Shown here one piece after another: positions 12,568 to 22,754 of a stretch of 32,000 bases of DNA (positions are counted from its first letter, which is position 1; every line of letters begins with the position of its first letter). The stretch covers positions 1,230,001 to 1,262,000 of the forward strand of contig NZ_AP024987.1 in NCBI RefSeq assembly GCF_020885515.1, in the 5' to 3' direction. The notes beneath the pieces are model-generated. The model was not told the DNA's origin, did no database searches, and saw only the letters and a list, made by a program, of their open reading frames with translations. The translations under genes and the position numbers were made by a program. The stretch comes from a cyanobacterium endosymbiont of Braarudosphaera bigelowii (GTDB lineage Bacteria > Cyanobacteriota > Cyanobacteriia > Cyanobacteriales > Microcystaceae).

Positions 12568-13248
12568 ATGAAATACAAAACTGAGCTTACAAACAACTTT
12601 CATAATTCAACCTTCTTTGATGATCAGAGAGGCATAACAACAATGTATGATGACTTTGAAGATGATTTGCTTTTTACTCCTGAACAGATGCTAGAAAATA
12701 GAGGAAGAGTCGCCATCTTTATTGATGGTTCTAACCTATTTTATGCGGCGTTGCAATTAGGTATTGAAATTGATTATACTAAGCTCCTTTATCGTTTAAC
12801 TGAAGGTTCGCGTCTTCTTAGAGCTTTTTTCTATACTGGTGTCGATAGAACTAACGAAAAACAGCAAGGTTTTTTATTATGGATGCGAAGAAATGGTTAC
12901 CGTGTTATTGCAAAAGATCTTGTTCAACTTCCAGATGGATCAAAGAAAGCAAATTTAGATGTAGAAATTGCCGTTGATCTTATGGCACTAGTCGGATCGT
13001 ACGATACAGCAATAATTGTAAGTGGAGATGGAGATTTGGCCTATGCTGCAAACTCTGTAAGTTATCGTGGAGCAAGAGTAGAAGTTGTTAGCTTACGATC
13101 TATGACTAGTGATAGCTTAATTAATGTTGCAGATCACTATATTGATCTTGATCAAATCAAAGAAGATATTCAGAAGACCCCTAGAACTAATCTAGCCTAT
13201 AATAGTTACTCTACTGTTGGAATACTTGAACAAAACAAACCACGCTAA
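12568..13248 (+). CDS. LabA-like NYN-domain (DUF88/PIN-like) protein
   Basis: RVAIFIDGSNLFYAALQLG, KANLDVEIAVDLMAL, YDTAIIVSGDGDLAYAANSVSYRGARVEVVSLRS: NYN/LabA catalytic acidic residues and fold pattern. Confidence 0.85.
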   Translation: MKYKTELTNNFHNSTFFDDQRGITTMYDDFEDDLLFTPEQMLENRGRVAIFIDGSNLFYAALQLGIEIDYTKLLYRLTEGSRLLRAFFYTGVDRTNEKQQGFLLWMRRNGYRVIAKDLVQLPDGSKKANLDVEIAVDLMALVGSYDTAIIVSGDGDLAYAANSVSYRGARVEVVSLRSMTSDSLINVADHYIDLDQIKEDIQKTPRTNLAYNSYSTVGILEQNKPR

Positions 13249-13300
13249 TATTCACGTTAATATTAAAGTAGAAAAAATATTCGATTATCATTAAAGGGTA

Positions 13301-14476
13301 ATGGATCAAAAGTATAGAAATCGACAACAGCATTCTCTAAAGCTAAAATTAATTAGGAAGGGAATGCTGCTGCTATTATTAAGTCTACTTGCTTGTCAGG
13401 TAGAAGATAAAACTAACACAAATACAAAGACTTTAGAAAAAGTAAAAGAAGAAACTAATTTAAATCTTCAAAATGCTACTTTAGAACAGTCTGATGCTGA
13501 TGGTAAACTACTCTGGAAAATACAGGTAGATGAGGCTAAATATAGTCCAGATCGTGAAAAAGCAACTTTAACTGCTGTAAAAGGTAATATTTTTGAAAAT
13601 GGTACACTTGTTTTACAAATCAAAGCAGATTATGGAGAAATTCATGGTAATGGAACTAAGATTTTTTTAAGAAATAATGTTTTAGCAATTGATCCAAGAA
13701 ATCAAGCAGTTATTCGTAGTGAAGAAATAGAATGGCAGCCACGTGAATCACTTTTAACAATGCGTAAAAACCTACGAGGTTTTCATCCTCAGCTAGAAAT
13801 TTCTGCTAATGAGGGAAAATATTATACACACAAGCAAAAGTTAGAATTAAAAGGAAAAATTGAAGCCATATCAGAACATAAGAAAATAAAGATGAATACA
13901 GAACATTTGTTTTGGGAAATTGAAAAACAAATGGTAACCAGCAATAAGTTATCAAATATTGTTAGGTTCGAAGGTGATACTATAACTGCTAATCTAATAG
14001 CTCAAAAAATAGTTATACATTTAAACAAACATCATATCCTTGTTAGGGACAATATTGAATATAAATCTATTCAACCACCTCTTCAAGCATCAGCTAATGC
14101 AATTTTATGGAACTATCAAACTCGTCAAATATTTTCTGATCAACCAGTTCAATTAGTTCAATATGAAGAAAATATTACTCTTATTGGCAATAAAGCACAT
14201 GTTGATTTAAGCAATAATATTGCTTATCTTAAAGGCAAAGTTCAAGGAATAAATAACAATAATAAGAGTGTATTACAAGCTAATAATTTAACTTGGTATA
14301 TTATTGACCAAAATATTGAAGCTATAGGTAGTGTATTTTATCTTCAAGAAGAAAATCCTAAGTTTACTCTGGCTGGAGATAAAGCCGTTGGAAGTTTGAA
14401 AGAAAATACTATAGTTGTAACCAATAGTAATAGGGAAGAACGAGTCGTTACTGAGTTTTTTACAAATTCAAAGTAA
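13301..14476 (+). CDS. LptC/OstA-type LPS-export-related lipoprotein
   Basis: N-terminal signal with lipobox LLSLLAC-Q; beta-rich repeats (WKIQVDEAKYSPDREKATLTAVKGNIFENG, ISANEGKYYTHKQKLELKGKIEA) typical of LptC-family proteins. Confidence 0.75.
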   Translation: MDQKYRNRQQHSLKLKLIRKGMLLLLLSLLACQVEDKTNTNTKTLEKVKEETNLNLQNATLEQSDADGKLLWKIQVDEAKYSPDREKATLTAVKGNIFENGTLVLQIKADYGEIHGNGTKIFLRNNVLAIDPRNQAVIRSEEIEWQPRESLLTMRKNLRGFHPQLEISANEGKYYTHKQKLELKGKIEAISEHKKIKMNTEHLFWEIEKQMVTSNKLSNIVRFEGDTITANLIAQKIVIHLNKHHILVRDNIEYKSIQPPLQASANAILWNYQTRQIFSDQPVQLVQYEENITLIGNKAHVDLSNNIAYLKGKVQGINNNNKSVLQANNLTWYIIDQNIEAIGSVFYLQEENPKFTLAGDKAVGSLKENTIVVTNSNREERVVTEFFTNSK

Positions 14477-14996
14477 ACTAAATAATCAATATTATTTACT
14501 TGTCAAATATAATAATATCGTTTGTTAGTATGATGGACTTTTAATTAATCATTTACCGATATCAGAAAAAAACAAAATTATATATATTTAAATACAGTTT
14601 TAATTAAGAAAGGATTTTCTTTTATTTTAAAATATAAGATAAATAAACTATCAGTATTAATAATTTACAACACTTATGGCAAAAACAATTATATTAGAAC
14701 TACTAAAAGACTGGTAGTAAAAAAATGATAGGTTTCCTCCTACTTAAGTATAGTCACTATGTTTTTTGTTATCAAATAAAATTGCTTAAAAGTTAAATTT
14801 TTGAATATACTTTCTGAATATCGATAGTTTTATATGTATAGATAAAGTTAACATAATTAAAATTTTTAATATTAAGCTTTTAAAGTTAATTATTTTCTAT
14901 GTTAAGATGCATATTAAATAATGAGATCTCATATATTATTCTCGTTTATCTACAATATATCTCTATTTATGAAACGAATTGCTCTTATAGATAAAA

Positions 14997-16136
14997 ATGC
15001 AAGTAAATACTATTCCTCCCGTTGATTTAGTTCGTCAATACGAGTCTATTAATAAAGAAATCGATAATGCGATCCTTAAGGTGGTACGCTCCGGCCACTA
15101 TATTGGTGGTTCTGTTGTAAAAGATTTTGAACAGCAGTTATCTCAATATATAGGTACCTCCCAATGTTTAACCTGCAACTCAGGTACTGACGCCCTCTAT
15201 TTAGCCTTAAAAGCACTAAATATTGGTTTTGATGACGAAGTAATCACTACTCCTTTCAGCTTTATAGCTACTGCAGAAACGATTAGCTTAGTAGGAGCAA
15301 AACCAGTCTTTGCTGATATTGAGCGTGATACTTTTAATTTGGATTTGGAAAATATAGAGAAAACAATTAGTCCTAGAACTAAAGCAATTATCGTAGTTCA
15401 TCTTTTTGGACAACCTGTCAATATGACTCGCTTAATGGAAATTGCTAATAAACATAACTTATATGTTATCGAAGATTGTGCCCAAGCTACTGGGGCTAAA
15501 TGGGAAAAGAAAGTTGTTGGTAGTATTGGACATGTAGGCTGTTTTAGCTTTTTTCCCACAAAAAATTTAGGAGCGTGCGGAGATGGTGGAGCGATCACAA
15601 CTAATGATTCTAGAGTTGCTCAGACTATTAGAATCATTAAGGAGCACGGCTCTATGCAACGCTATCATCATGATGTAGTTGGTATTAATAGTCGTTTAGA
15701 CACTATACAGGCTGGCATTTTACAAGTAAAGCTATCTTATCTAGATACATGGAATGAACAAAGACGTAAAATAGCTGATTATTATGACAAGTTATTAAAT
15801 TCAGTTTCAATGATAAAACTTCCTAAGGAAATTATGGGAGGATATCATGTTTGGAATCAATATACAGTTTTAGTAGAAAACAAAATAAACAACAAAAAAT
15901 ATAATAGAGATATTTTAAAAAAAGGTTTAGAAGATCAAGGAATTATTTCTATGGTCTATTATCCTATTCCTATTCATTTGCAAAAGGTTTACGTAAATTT
16001 AGGGTATAAAGAAATGTCATTTCCAATTACTGAAAAGGTATCCCACGAAGTGCTTTCATTACCCATATTTCCTGGCATGTTACCACAGGAACAAGAACAA
16101 GTTGCTAATGCAATAAAAGCTAGTTTTAATACATAG
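14997..16136 (+). CDS. DegT/DnrJ/EryC1/StrS family aminotransferase
   Basis: IPPVDLVRQYESI, GTSQCLTCNSGTDALYLALKAL, VIEDCAQATGAKW, CFSFFPTKNLGACGDGGAITTND (PLP-Lys), YHVWNQYTVLV. Confidence 0.92.
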   Translation: MQVNTIPPVDLVRQYESINKEIDNAILKVVRSGHYIGGSVVKDFEQQLSQYIGTSQCLTCNSGTDALYLALKALNIGFDDEVITTPFSFIATAETISLVGAKPVFADIERDTFNLDLENIEKTISPRTKAIIVVHLFGQPVNMTRLMEIANKHNLYVIEDCAQATGAKWEKKVVGSIGHVGCFSFFPTKNLGACGDGGAITTNDSRVAQTIRIIKEHGSMQRYHHDVVGINSRLDTIQAGILQVKLSYLDTWNEQRRKIADYYDKLLNSVSMIKLPKEIMGGYHVWNQYTVLVENKINNKKYNRDILKKGLEDQGIISMVYYPIPIHLQKVYVNLGYKEMSFPITEKVSHEVLSLPIFPGMLPQEQEQVANAIKASFNT

Positions 16137-16312
16137 CTAATCATTCTGGTTTAACTTTAATTTTTATTCTAATATTATTTATTTAATTTTTATTACATAT
16201 TTTTAATATATGGTTTATTTTTACTAAATATTGAAGATAATTAAATTTGACTATAAATCAAAGTTATATAATTAACTTGAAAATATAATTTTTACAACTA
16301 TGATCATATGCC

Positions 16313-18322
16313 ATGTTAAATCACCACAAAGAAGATACTATAGAATCTATTCTTCAAGAAGAAAGAGTTGTTTCTCCTTCATCCAATTTTAGCATTAATG
16401 CACATATCAAAAGCTTTCAAGATTATGAGAAACTTTATAAGAAATCTATATTAGAGCCAGAAAGTTTTTGGGAAAACCTTGCAGCAAAAGAGTTGCACTG
16501 GTTTCATAAATGGGATAATGTTTTAGAGTGGAATCCACCTAATTCTAAGTGGTTTGTTAATGGAAAATTAAATATTACTTATAATTGTATTGATCGTCAC
16601 CTTACTCCCTCAAGACGAAACAAACCAGCTATTATATGGGAAGGAGAACCTGGCGATTCTCGAATTTTAACATATGAAAATCTATATGTGGAAGTTTGTA
16701 AATTTGCTAATATTCTGAAGCAATTAAAAGTAACCAAGGGTGATTGTGTAGCGATATATATGCCAATGATACCTGAGGCTATCATTGCTATGCTTGCTTG
16801 TGCTCGAATAGGTGCAGTTCATGCAGTTGTCTTTGGAGGTTTTAGTGCTGAATCTTTAAAAGGACGCTTAAAAGATTCACAAGCAAAAATTTTGGTTACT
16901 GCAGATGGTGGTTTTCGTAAAGATAAAATTGTTCCTCTTAAATCTCAAGTTGACATAGCTCTGGAAAATAATTCTTCAAGCATTGAGAAAGTAATAGTAG
17001 TTAGACGCACAGAAGAAAATATTACGATGAGAAATGGACGTGATTTTTGGCTGCATAATTTGCAGCAAAATATCTCTACTGATTGTCCTCCAGAAATTAT
17101 GGATAGTGAAGATACTTTGTTTATTCTTTACACCAGTGGAAGTACTGGAAAACCTAAAGGAGTAGTACATACTATTGGTGGATATAGTCTATATACTCAT
17201 ATAACAACTAAATGGGTCTTTGATCTAAAAGATACAGATATTTATTGGTGCACAGCTGATATAGGCTGGATTACAGGACATAGCTATAGCGTTTATGGCC
17301 CATTGTCAAACGGAGCCACCTCTTTAATTTATGAAGGTGTTCCTCGACCATCAAATCTTGGCTGTTTTTGGAATATTATTGAAAAATATGGTGTTAATAT
17401 TTTTTACACTGCACCAACTGCCATCCGTTCTTTTATGAAAATGGGGGAAGATATACCTCAAAAGTTTGATTTATCCTCTTTGCGACTTTTAGGAACTGTA
17501 GGAGAACCTATAAACCCTGAAGTTTGGATGTGGTATTACCGGATAATAGGTAATGAGAAATGTCCTATTGTAGATACTTGGTGGCAAACAGAAACAGGTG
17601 GAATCATCATAACGTCTTTACCTGGAGCAATATCTAGTAAACCAGGTTCGGCTTCTCTTCCTTTTCCTGGCATTATTGCGGATGTAGTAGATAAATGTGG
17701 CAACAGTGTGTCTAGAAATACTGGTGGATTGTTAGTAATTAAGAATCCATGGCCAAGTATGTTAAGAACCATTTATGGTGATCACCAACGTTTTGAAAAA
17801 AGTTATTGGAAATTTTTATCCGATAAATCGGATAAATGTATGTATTCTTCAGGAGATAGTGCACGTAGGGATACCGATGGCTATTTCTGGATTTTAGGGC
17901 GTACTGATGATGTTATGAATATTTCAGGTCATCGCCTAGGTTCTATGGAGTTAGAATCAGCATTAGTCTCACATCACACAGTCAATGAAGCAAGTGTAGT
18001 TAGCGTACCACACCAAATTAAAGGAGAGGATATTTATGCTTTTGTAACACTTAATAATAGTTTCAAGGCGAGCGATCAGCTATCTAATGAGCTAAAACAA
18101 CATGTTACTAGAGAAATCGGAGCCATTGCTCGTCCTGCAACTATTCAGTTTACACAAGAATTGCCTAAAACACGTTCTGGAAAAATTGTTAGGAGATTTT
18201 TAAGACAAATTGCAGCAGGACAAAGTATTGAAGGAGATAAATCTACGATAGTTAACCCTAATGTTTTGAATGAACTAGAAGAACAAGCTAAATGGCTACG
18301 TAATAATAATTTGTATTACTAG
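16313..18322 (+). CDS. acs: Acetyl-CoA synthetase
   Basis: [88 protein letters not shown]. Confidence 0.96.
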   Translation: MLNHHKEDTIESILQEERVVSPSSNFSINAHIKSFQDYEKLYKKSILEPESFWENLAAKELHWFHKWDNVLEWNPPNSKWFVNGKLNITYNCIDRHLTPSRRNKPAIIWEGEPGDSRILTYENLYVEVCKFANILKQLKVTKGDCVAIYMPMIPEAIIAMLACARIGAVHAVVFGGFSAESLKGRLKDSQAKILVTADGGFRKDKIVPLKSQVDIALENNSSSIEKVIVVRRTEENITMRNGRDFWLHNLQQNISTDCPPEIMDSEDTLFILYTSGSTGKPKGVVHTIGGYSLYTHITTKWVFDLKDTDIYWCTADIGWITGHSYSVYGPLSNGATSLIYEGVPRPSNLGCFWNIIEKYGVNIFYTAPTAIRSFMKMGEDIPQKFDLSSLRLLGTVGEPINPEVWMWYYRIIGNEKCPIVDTWWQTETGGIIITSLPGAISSKPGSASLPFPGIIADVVDKCGNSVSRNTGGLLVIKNPWPSMLRTIYGDHQRFEKSYWKFLSDKSDKCMYSSGDSARRDTDGYFWILGRTDDVMNISGHRLGSMELESALVSHHTVNEASVVSVPHQIKGEDIYAFVTLNNSFKASDQLSNELKQHVTREIGAIARPATIQFTQELPKTRSGKIVRRFLRQIAAGQSIEGDKSTIVNPNVLNELEEQAKWLRNNNLYY

Positions 18323-18550
18323 TTACGATAGCTGAAAAACACACGTAAGAATTGATTTGGAGATTTATCAGTTATGTACAAATATTATTTATGTTATTAA
18401 TATATATGTAGCAATATTAGGACAAATTACTTAACAAAAAAAACATACATATCCATTTTGGATCTTAAAAGTTGAATAGAAAAGTTTAATTATAGATATT
18501 AGCCATAGCCTAAATACCTATTGTGCATTAAGAGAACTATTCTTAGTATA

Positions 18551-19315
18551 TTATTTACCACTTAATTTAACGATAAAAATACCACCAAAATATAATACTA
18601 GGACTGCTCCAGCTAATAAAGATTGAGTTAAAGGATCTGTAGATGGTGTTAAAATAGCTCCTAAAATGACTGCGCCTACTACCACTATACGCCACTCTCT
18701 CAACATTTTATGGGATGATATGATACCCAAGTAACCCAACATTAACTGAATTATAGGAATTTGGAATGCAATACCAGTACTAAACATTAATAGTAAAATA
18801 AATTCAAAATAACGATCAATTGACCAAGCTTGTTCAACTACATTAGAGCCGTAAGTTATAAAAAAGTTTAATGCAGCAGGTATTAAAATCCAATAGGAAA
18901 ATCCTATCCCTGCGAAAAAGAGAACACTAGAGATAAGAATAGTGGGACCTAATAGACGACGTTCCCTACGAGTTAATCCAGGTAAAATAAATCTTAAAAT
19001 TTGGTAAATGATAAAAGGGCTCGTAATCAGTAAACCACTATAACCAGCAACTTTTATAGAAACAAAAAAGAATTCTCCAGGTGCTAGTTGTAAAAGTTTT
19101 ACTCCTTGTGCAGGAACCTCCAACCATCTTACGAGGGGTTTTACTACTACAAAACATAAGATTATATTCAAACATACTGCTGCTAAAGCATAAAGAATAC
19201 GTGTTCTTAACTCTTCAATATGATCTAGTAATGGCATTTCTGCTTCATCTGGTATCTCATTGAGATATTCCTCTTTTCCCAGTTGATCACAAGTTTCACT
19301 TAAGGGTTGCTTCAT
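18551..19315 (-). CDS. tatC: Sec-independent protein translocase TatC
   Basis: [79 protein letters not shown]. Confidence 0.95.
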   Translation of the reverse strand: MKQPLSETCDQLGKEEYLNEIPDEAEMPLLDHIEELRTRILYALAAVCLNIILCFVVVKPLVRWLEVPAQGVKLLQLAPGEFFFVSIKVAGYSGLLITSPFIIYQILRFILPGLTRRERRLLGPTILISSVLFFAGIGFSYWILIPAALNFFITYGSNVVEQAWSIDRYFEFILLLMFSTGIAFQIPIIQLMLGYLGIISSHKMLREWRIVVVGAVILGAILTPSTDPLTQSLLAGAVLVLYFGGIFIVKLSGK

Positions 19316-19585
19316 AAGATATAAAATACAGTTTTTTGTTTTTTAATTGTATAAAGTAAAGTTTAATATCTAGTATAATTTTTTATTTTATTGCTCAAGA
19401 TTCATAATTGATTTTACTATGTCTAGTATTCACAAGAAATAATAATGAATAATAAGTCTTTCTAAAGTCATAACAATATAATTTTACCTTCTAAAAAAGT
19501 ACTAATAGAATATGAAAATTAAGAATTTATTAGTTATTTGCAAAAACGATGCTTTGAGCAATTTATAATGACTTAATTAATTTTT

Positions 19586-19933
19586 TTAATTATCGTTTCT
19601 ATCTGGTAGGTAGATAATTCTTCTACGTTCAGGTTCTGTAAAATGACTCTGCTTATACATAACTCGATAAGTCATATTAGGAGAAAAACTATCTCCAAAT
19701 TCTCTTGCTAATTTGGAAACCCGTTGTCTAGTCTCTTGAAGTTCAGCTTGTAATTCTCTAAGATTAGTTTGTTGTAATTTTAAATAATTAACCGATCTAA
19801 TAATACTTAAAATTGCAATAGTTGATAGTAGCCCATTCATTATTAATTTAGTAACAACTTCTATAATCATCCACTTATATTCAAAATGATAGCTATTAGT
19901 ATCTTTTTTTTGATGAATATGTTTTCTAGACAT
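19586..19933 (-). CDS. Small conserved-looking protein with an N-terminal TM segment and coiled coil, unknown function
   Basis: 115 aa ORF; one hydrophobic segment then an amphipathic LQQTNLRELQAELQETRQRVSKLAREFGDSF region. I do not recognise a named family. Confidence 0.6.
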   Translation of the reverse strand: MSRKHIHQKKDTNSYHFEYKWMIIEVVTKLIMNGLLSTIAILSIIRSVNYLKLQQTNLRELQAELQETRQRVSKLAREFGDSFSPNMTYRVMYKQSHFTEPERRRIIYLPDRNDN

Positions 19934-19965
19934 TAAATAATAAGTAAAGTTACATTAAATACTTA

Positions 19966-19999
19966 TGAAGTTCTCTAGCATCACTGCTAGAGAACTTCA
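19966..19999 (-). terminator. Stem-loop downstream of psaM, putative terminator
   Basis: Perfect 15-bp inverted repeat TGAAGTTCTCTAGCA-(TCAC)-TGCTAGAGAACTTCA, starting 34 nt past the psaM stop; no strong T-tract. Confidence 0.6.
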
Positions 20000-20032
20000 C
20001 AATATACCTGCTAGTCTTAGCAGACATATAAA

Positions 20033-20125
20033 TTATTTATAAAGTTCCGTAGATAAACGAAACGCTAGAATACCAGGAACTAAAGCAACAGCTAAGGCAA
20101 TGAAAATTTGTGCATTAGATAACAT
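20033..20125 (-). CDS. psaM: Photosystem I reaction center subunit XII (PsaM)
   Basis: Manual translation of a 30-codon ORF missed by the track: MLSNAQIFIALAVALVPGILAFRLSTELYK*. It ends in the diagnostic LAFRLSTELYK of PsaM and has an AGGGAG SD-like motif about 10 nt upstream of ATG. Confidence 0.93.
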   Translation of the reverse strand: MLSNAQIFIALAVALVPGILAFRLSTELYK

Positions 20126-20338
20126 AAGCTATAAACTCCCTAAAGCTAATAAATATAATCACTTCTCTACTTTGCTTTATGATAAGATTTTATGAAATAT
20201 ATTGTTACAAAGATTTAACTTTACTATTTATCCTTTAAAAAAACTAAATTATGTTTTTCTCTGATTAATATTACGGTTTTCAACTTCTAGTTACTTAAAT
20301 TATAATATAGCAAAATAATAAATGAGAGAAGAGGTAAC

Positions 20339-20695
20339 ATGATAAGTTTACTAATTGTTTGGATCACTACATCAGCAAGTTTGTTACTTGTTAGTAAACT
20401 ACCTATTGGTGTTGATATAGATAGTTTCACTAAAGCTCTAAAAGCTTCCATTATTTTTGGAATTCTTAATACTTTACTTAAACCAATTTTGGTTTTTTTA
20501 ACAATCCCTTTAACTATAGTAACACTTGGACTATCTCTGCTAATTATAAATGCTATGATTTTCGGTATCACCTCTATATTTGTTGAAGGTTTTCGTTTAC
20601 GCTATGGTTTATGGAGTGCTGTTTTAGGTTCAGTTTTTCTAAGCCTTACTAACAATACTGTCTTGAAGATACTTACAGTTACAGGGTGGAACTGA
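20339..20695 (+). CDS. 4-TMS phage-holin-family membrane protein (mycobacterial-type PF04020-like)
   Basis: MISLLIVWITTSASLLLVSKLPIGVDIDSFTKALKASIIFGILNTLLKPILVFLTIPLTIVTLGLSLLIINAMIFGITSIFVEGFRLRYGLWSAVLGSVFLS; a common cyanobacterial family. Confidence 0.75.
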   Translation: MISLLIVWITTSASLLLVSKLPIGVDIDSFTKALKASIIFGILNTLLKPILVFLTIPLTIVTLGLSLLIINAMIFGITSIFVEGFRLRYGLWSAVLGSVFLSLTNNTVLKILTVTGWN

Positions 20696-20758
20696 AAACC
20701 TTAACGTTAGCATAATTGGATATTCTAATTACTCTTGTTTTATTTGTGATTTATTGAA

Positions 20759-22432
20759 TTAAATTTTTTTGAATAGACGGCTATCTGGAAAGTTACTTAC
20801 TGCTCTTTGAAGTAAATTAATAGAACGGTTATATTCAATGATTGCTTGCAAAAAATCTCCTCGTGCCTTAGACAAATCTCGTTGAGCATCTATTACATCA
20901 GTTTGGACACCTATTCCTTCTTGGAATCTTAATCTAGCTAATCTTAGTCCTTCTTCTCTAGTAATAATGTTTTTGCGTGTACTTTCGATATTTCCTTTGT
21001 TGGCAATGAGATTGTAATAAGCCTCTTCGACTTCAAATCGAATCTGACTGCGTAAATCTGCAAATTGGATATTGGCTTGATCAATTCTACGTTCTGCAGC
21101 TCTAGCACCTGCAAAAGCCCTACCACCATCAAATAGTCTCCATCTTAAACGAGTCTCAAAACGATAATTAATTAATGCTCCTAAAGCATCTTCAAATTCA
21201 TCATTAAAGCCATACTGAGCAATAATATCTAGTTTAGGGATTATTTCTGCGATCGCAATACGACGATCTTGCTTTCCTATCTCTACTTGAATGAGTTGTT
21301 GTTCTAATTCTGCACGATTTTTATATGCTTGAACTATAGTTTCTTCTAACGAAAGTTTCCAATATCCTAGTTCAGAAATATTGTCAGCAGCTGATAGCTC
21401 AACTTTTTGACCTAAATTTAAGGTTTCTGTAAGTTTTTTCCTTGCTATTCGCTGTTTTGCAACAGTTCTTGCTAATTGTTCGTTAGCAGTCGCCAAATCT
21501 CCATCTGCACGTAATATATCAAACTTAGTTCCTAAACCAGCCCTTTCTAAAAGCTGTGCATCTCTTAAAGTTTGAGTGGCATTTTCAACATCTGCTTGAG
21601 CAATAGCCACCTCAGCATCAGCATTTTGTAAAAGGTAATAATTATCTGTTGCTTCAAAACGAATTTGTTCAGCAATTTGTTCAAGCTGTAGTTGTCGACC
21701 CCTAATTTCTCGTTCTGCTTTTCTAATACGACCGTCTCTCTCACCACCAGTATAAATATCATACCGGAGGGAAACATTGAAAATTCCTGTTGTTTCCCGA
21801 GAACTTGCTGCAACTTGTTTTCTGAAACCTTGGCTAAAGTCAATAGATTGTCTCTCAAAAAACTTATGATTTAAGCGTGAATCTATATCTAAACTAGGAT
21901 AAAGCTTTGCTTCCTGCTCAATTAGTCGTGCTTTAAACTCTTCTATGACAACACGAGCATTTTCTATTTCTTGATTATTTTGTAAAGCTACAGAAATAAC
22001 TTCTCTTAGAGTAAGAGATCTATTAAGTATTATCTTAATATTGTCCTTTTTTATAGAAGATACTAAAAATTTATTATCTATACTTGTACATTCGGAAAGT
22101 GATTTTATAGAGACAGTTTTTAAGTAATCAACATATCTAAAATTAAAGGGAAAATTTACTTGTTTACAGTTGATTTCAAAAGATGATTTTATTGTGTTTA
22201 TGTAATTGCTTTTTTCAAAACTAGATTTTATCAATAAATCCTGTTTTCCTTTAAAATCATCGATATAGTTTTTAACTTGTGATTTTTTATTAGATTTTGG
22301 GAAAAGCTTTGTAGTTTCATATTCTTCTTGCATGGGGGATAAAGCCTGTGCTATCAACGACAAATTAAATAGCAATACCATTAAATAACCAGCACATGCA
22401 TAGTAATTTAGAAGAAACATGATTTTTTGCAA
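20759..22432 (-). CDS. TolC-family outer membrane efflux protein
   Basis: Duplicated OEP architecture: LTLREVISVALQNNQEIENARVVIEEFKARLIEQEAKLYPSLDI, LRRAELEQQLIQVEIGKQ-type helices, ARLRFQEGIGVQTDVIDAQRDLSKARGDFLQAIIEYNRS. Confidence 0.88.
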   Translation of the reverse strand: MQKIMFLLNYYACAGYLMVLLFNLSLIAQALSPMQEEYETTKLFPKSNKKSQVKNYIDDFKGKQDLLIKSSFEKSNYINTIKSSFEINCKQVNFPFNFRYVDYLKTVSIKSLSECTSIDNKFLVSSIKKDNIKIILNRSLTLREVISVALQNNQEIENARVVIEEFKARLIEQEAKLYPSLDIDSRLNHKFFERQSIDFSQGFRKQVAASSRETTGIFNVSLRYDIYTGGERDGRIRKAEREIRGRQLQLEQIAEQIRFEATDNYYLLQNADAEVAIAQADVENATQTLRDAQLLERAGLGTKFDILRADGDLATANEQLARTVAKQRIARKKLTETLNLGQKVELSAADNISELGYWKLSLEETIVQAYKNRAELEQQLIQVEIGKQDRRIAIAEIIPKLDIIAQYGFNDEFEDALGALINYRFETRLRWRLFDGGRAFAGARAAERRIDQANIQFADLRSQIRFEVEEAYYNLIANKGNIESTRKNIITREEGLRLARLRFQEGIGVQTDVIDAQRDLSKARGDFLQAIIEYNRSINLLQRAVSNFPDSRLFKKI

Positions 22433-22698
22433 AAATTAAATTTGGATAACTATAGTATTAACTAGAAAAATAAAATAGAAATACTTATCAAGGTATCATA
22501 CAGTCTACAATATATTTCATTTAATTAAAAACAGGCTAAATTGATCACCTCTTATTACATTACTTGTCATAGTTATAGTTATATGATCTTTATAATTTAA
22601 GTAAGATTCTTTTAGTCTTGACCTTCATAATTTATCATAAAAAAAATCTATATCGCATGAAATATTACATGAATATTTTTATTATTTAATAATAGAAA

Positions 22699-22714
22699 GT
22701 TCGGGAACCCGTAC
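22699..22714 (+). promoter_or_regulatory. K-box upstream of groESL
   Basis: GTTCGG-GAAC-CCGTAC matches the cyanobacterial groE K-box consensus GTTCGG-NNAN-CCNNAC at every specified position. Confidence 0.75.
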
Positions 22715-22725
22715 ACAATGAACAG

Positions 22726-22754
22726 TTGCCAGAACTCCTAATATTTCGTTAAAT
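22726..22754 (+). promoter_or_regulatory. Predicted groESL sigma70-type promoter
   Basis: -35 TTGCCA (22726-22731), 17-nt spacer, -10 TTAAAT (22749-22754), abutting CIRCE. Confidence 0.55.

Noticed and set aside
15398-15598. 66-aa minus-strand ORF inside the DegT aminotransferase gene
   Set aside because: Antisense shadow of conserved coding sequence.
16597-17772. Three minus-strand ORFs (62, 64 and 78 aa) inside acs
   Set aside because: Antisense shadows of the intact acs frame, no family signal.
19081-19263. 60-aa plus-strand ORF within tatC
   Set aside because: Antisense to conserved tatC.
20287-20571. 94-aa minus-strand ORF overlapping the holin-family gene
   Set aside because: The plus-strand frame has the recognisable 4-TMS family sequence; the antisense hydrophobicity mirrors it.
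20339-20695. Considered a prophage remnant because of the holin-family call
   Set aside because: This 4-TMS family is widespread as a stand-alone chromosomal gene in cyanobacteria, and no other phage gene, integrase or att-like repeat is visible nearby.
20944-21874. Short ORFs inside the TolC-family gene (20944-21132, 21565-21858, 21692-21874)
   Set aside because: Alternate-frame or antisense ORFs within a continuous conserved coding sequence.
22618-22652. Alternative upstream groESL promoter using TTGACC
   Set aside because: No acceptable -10 at 16-18 nt spacing; the TTGCCA/TTAAAT pair beside CIRCE is better supported.
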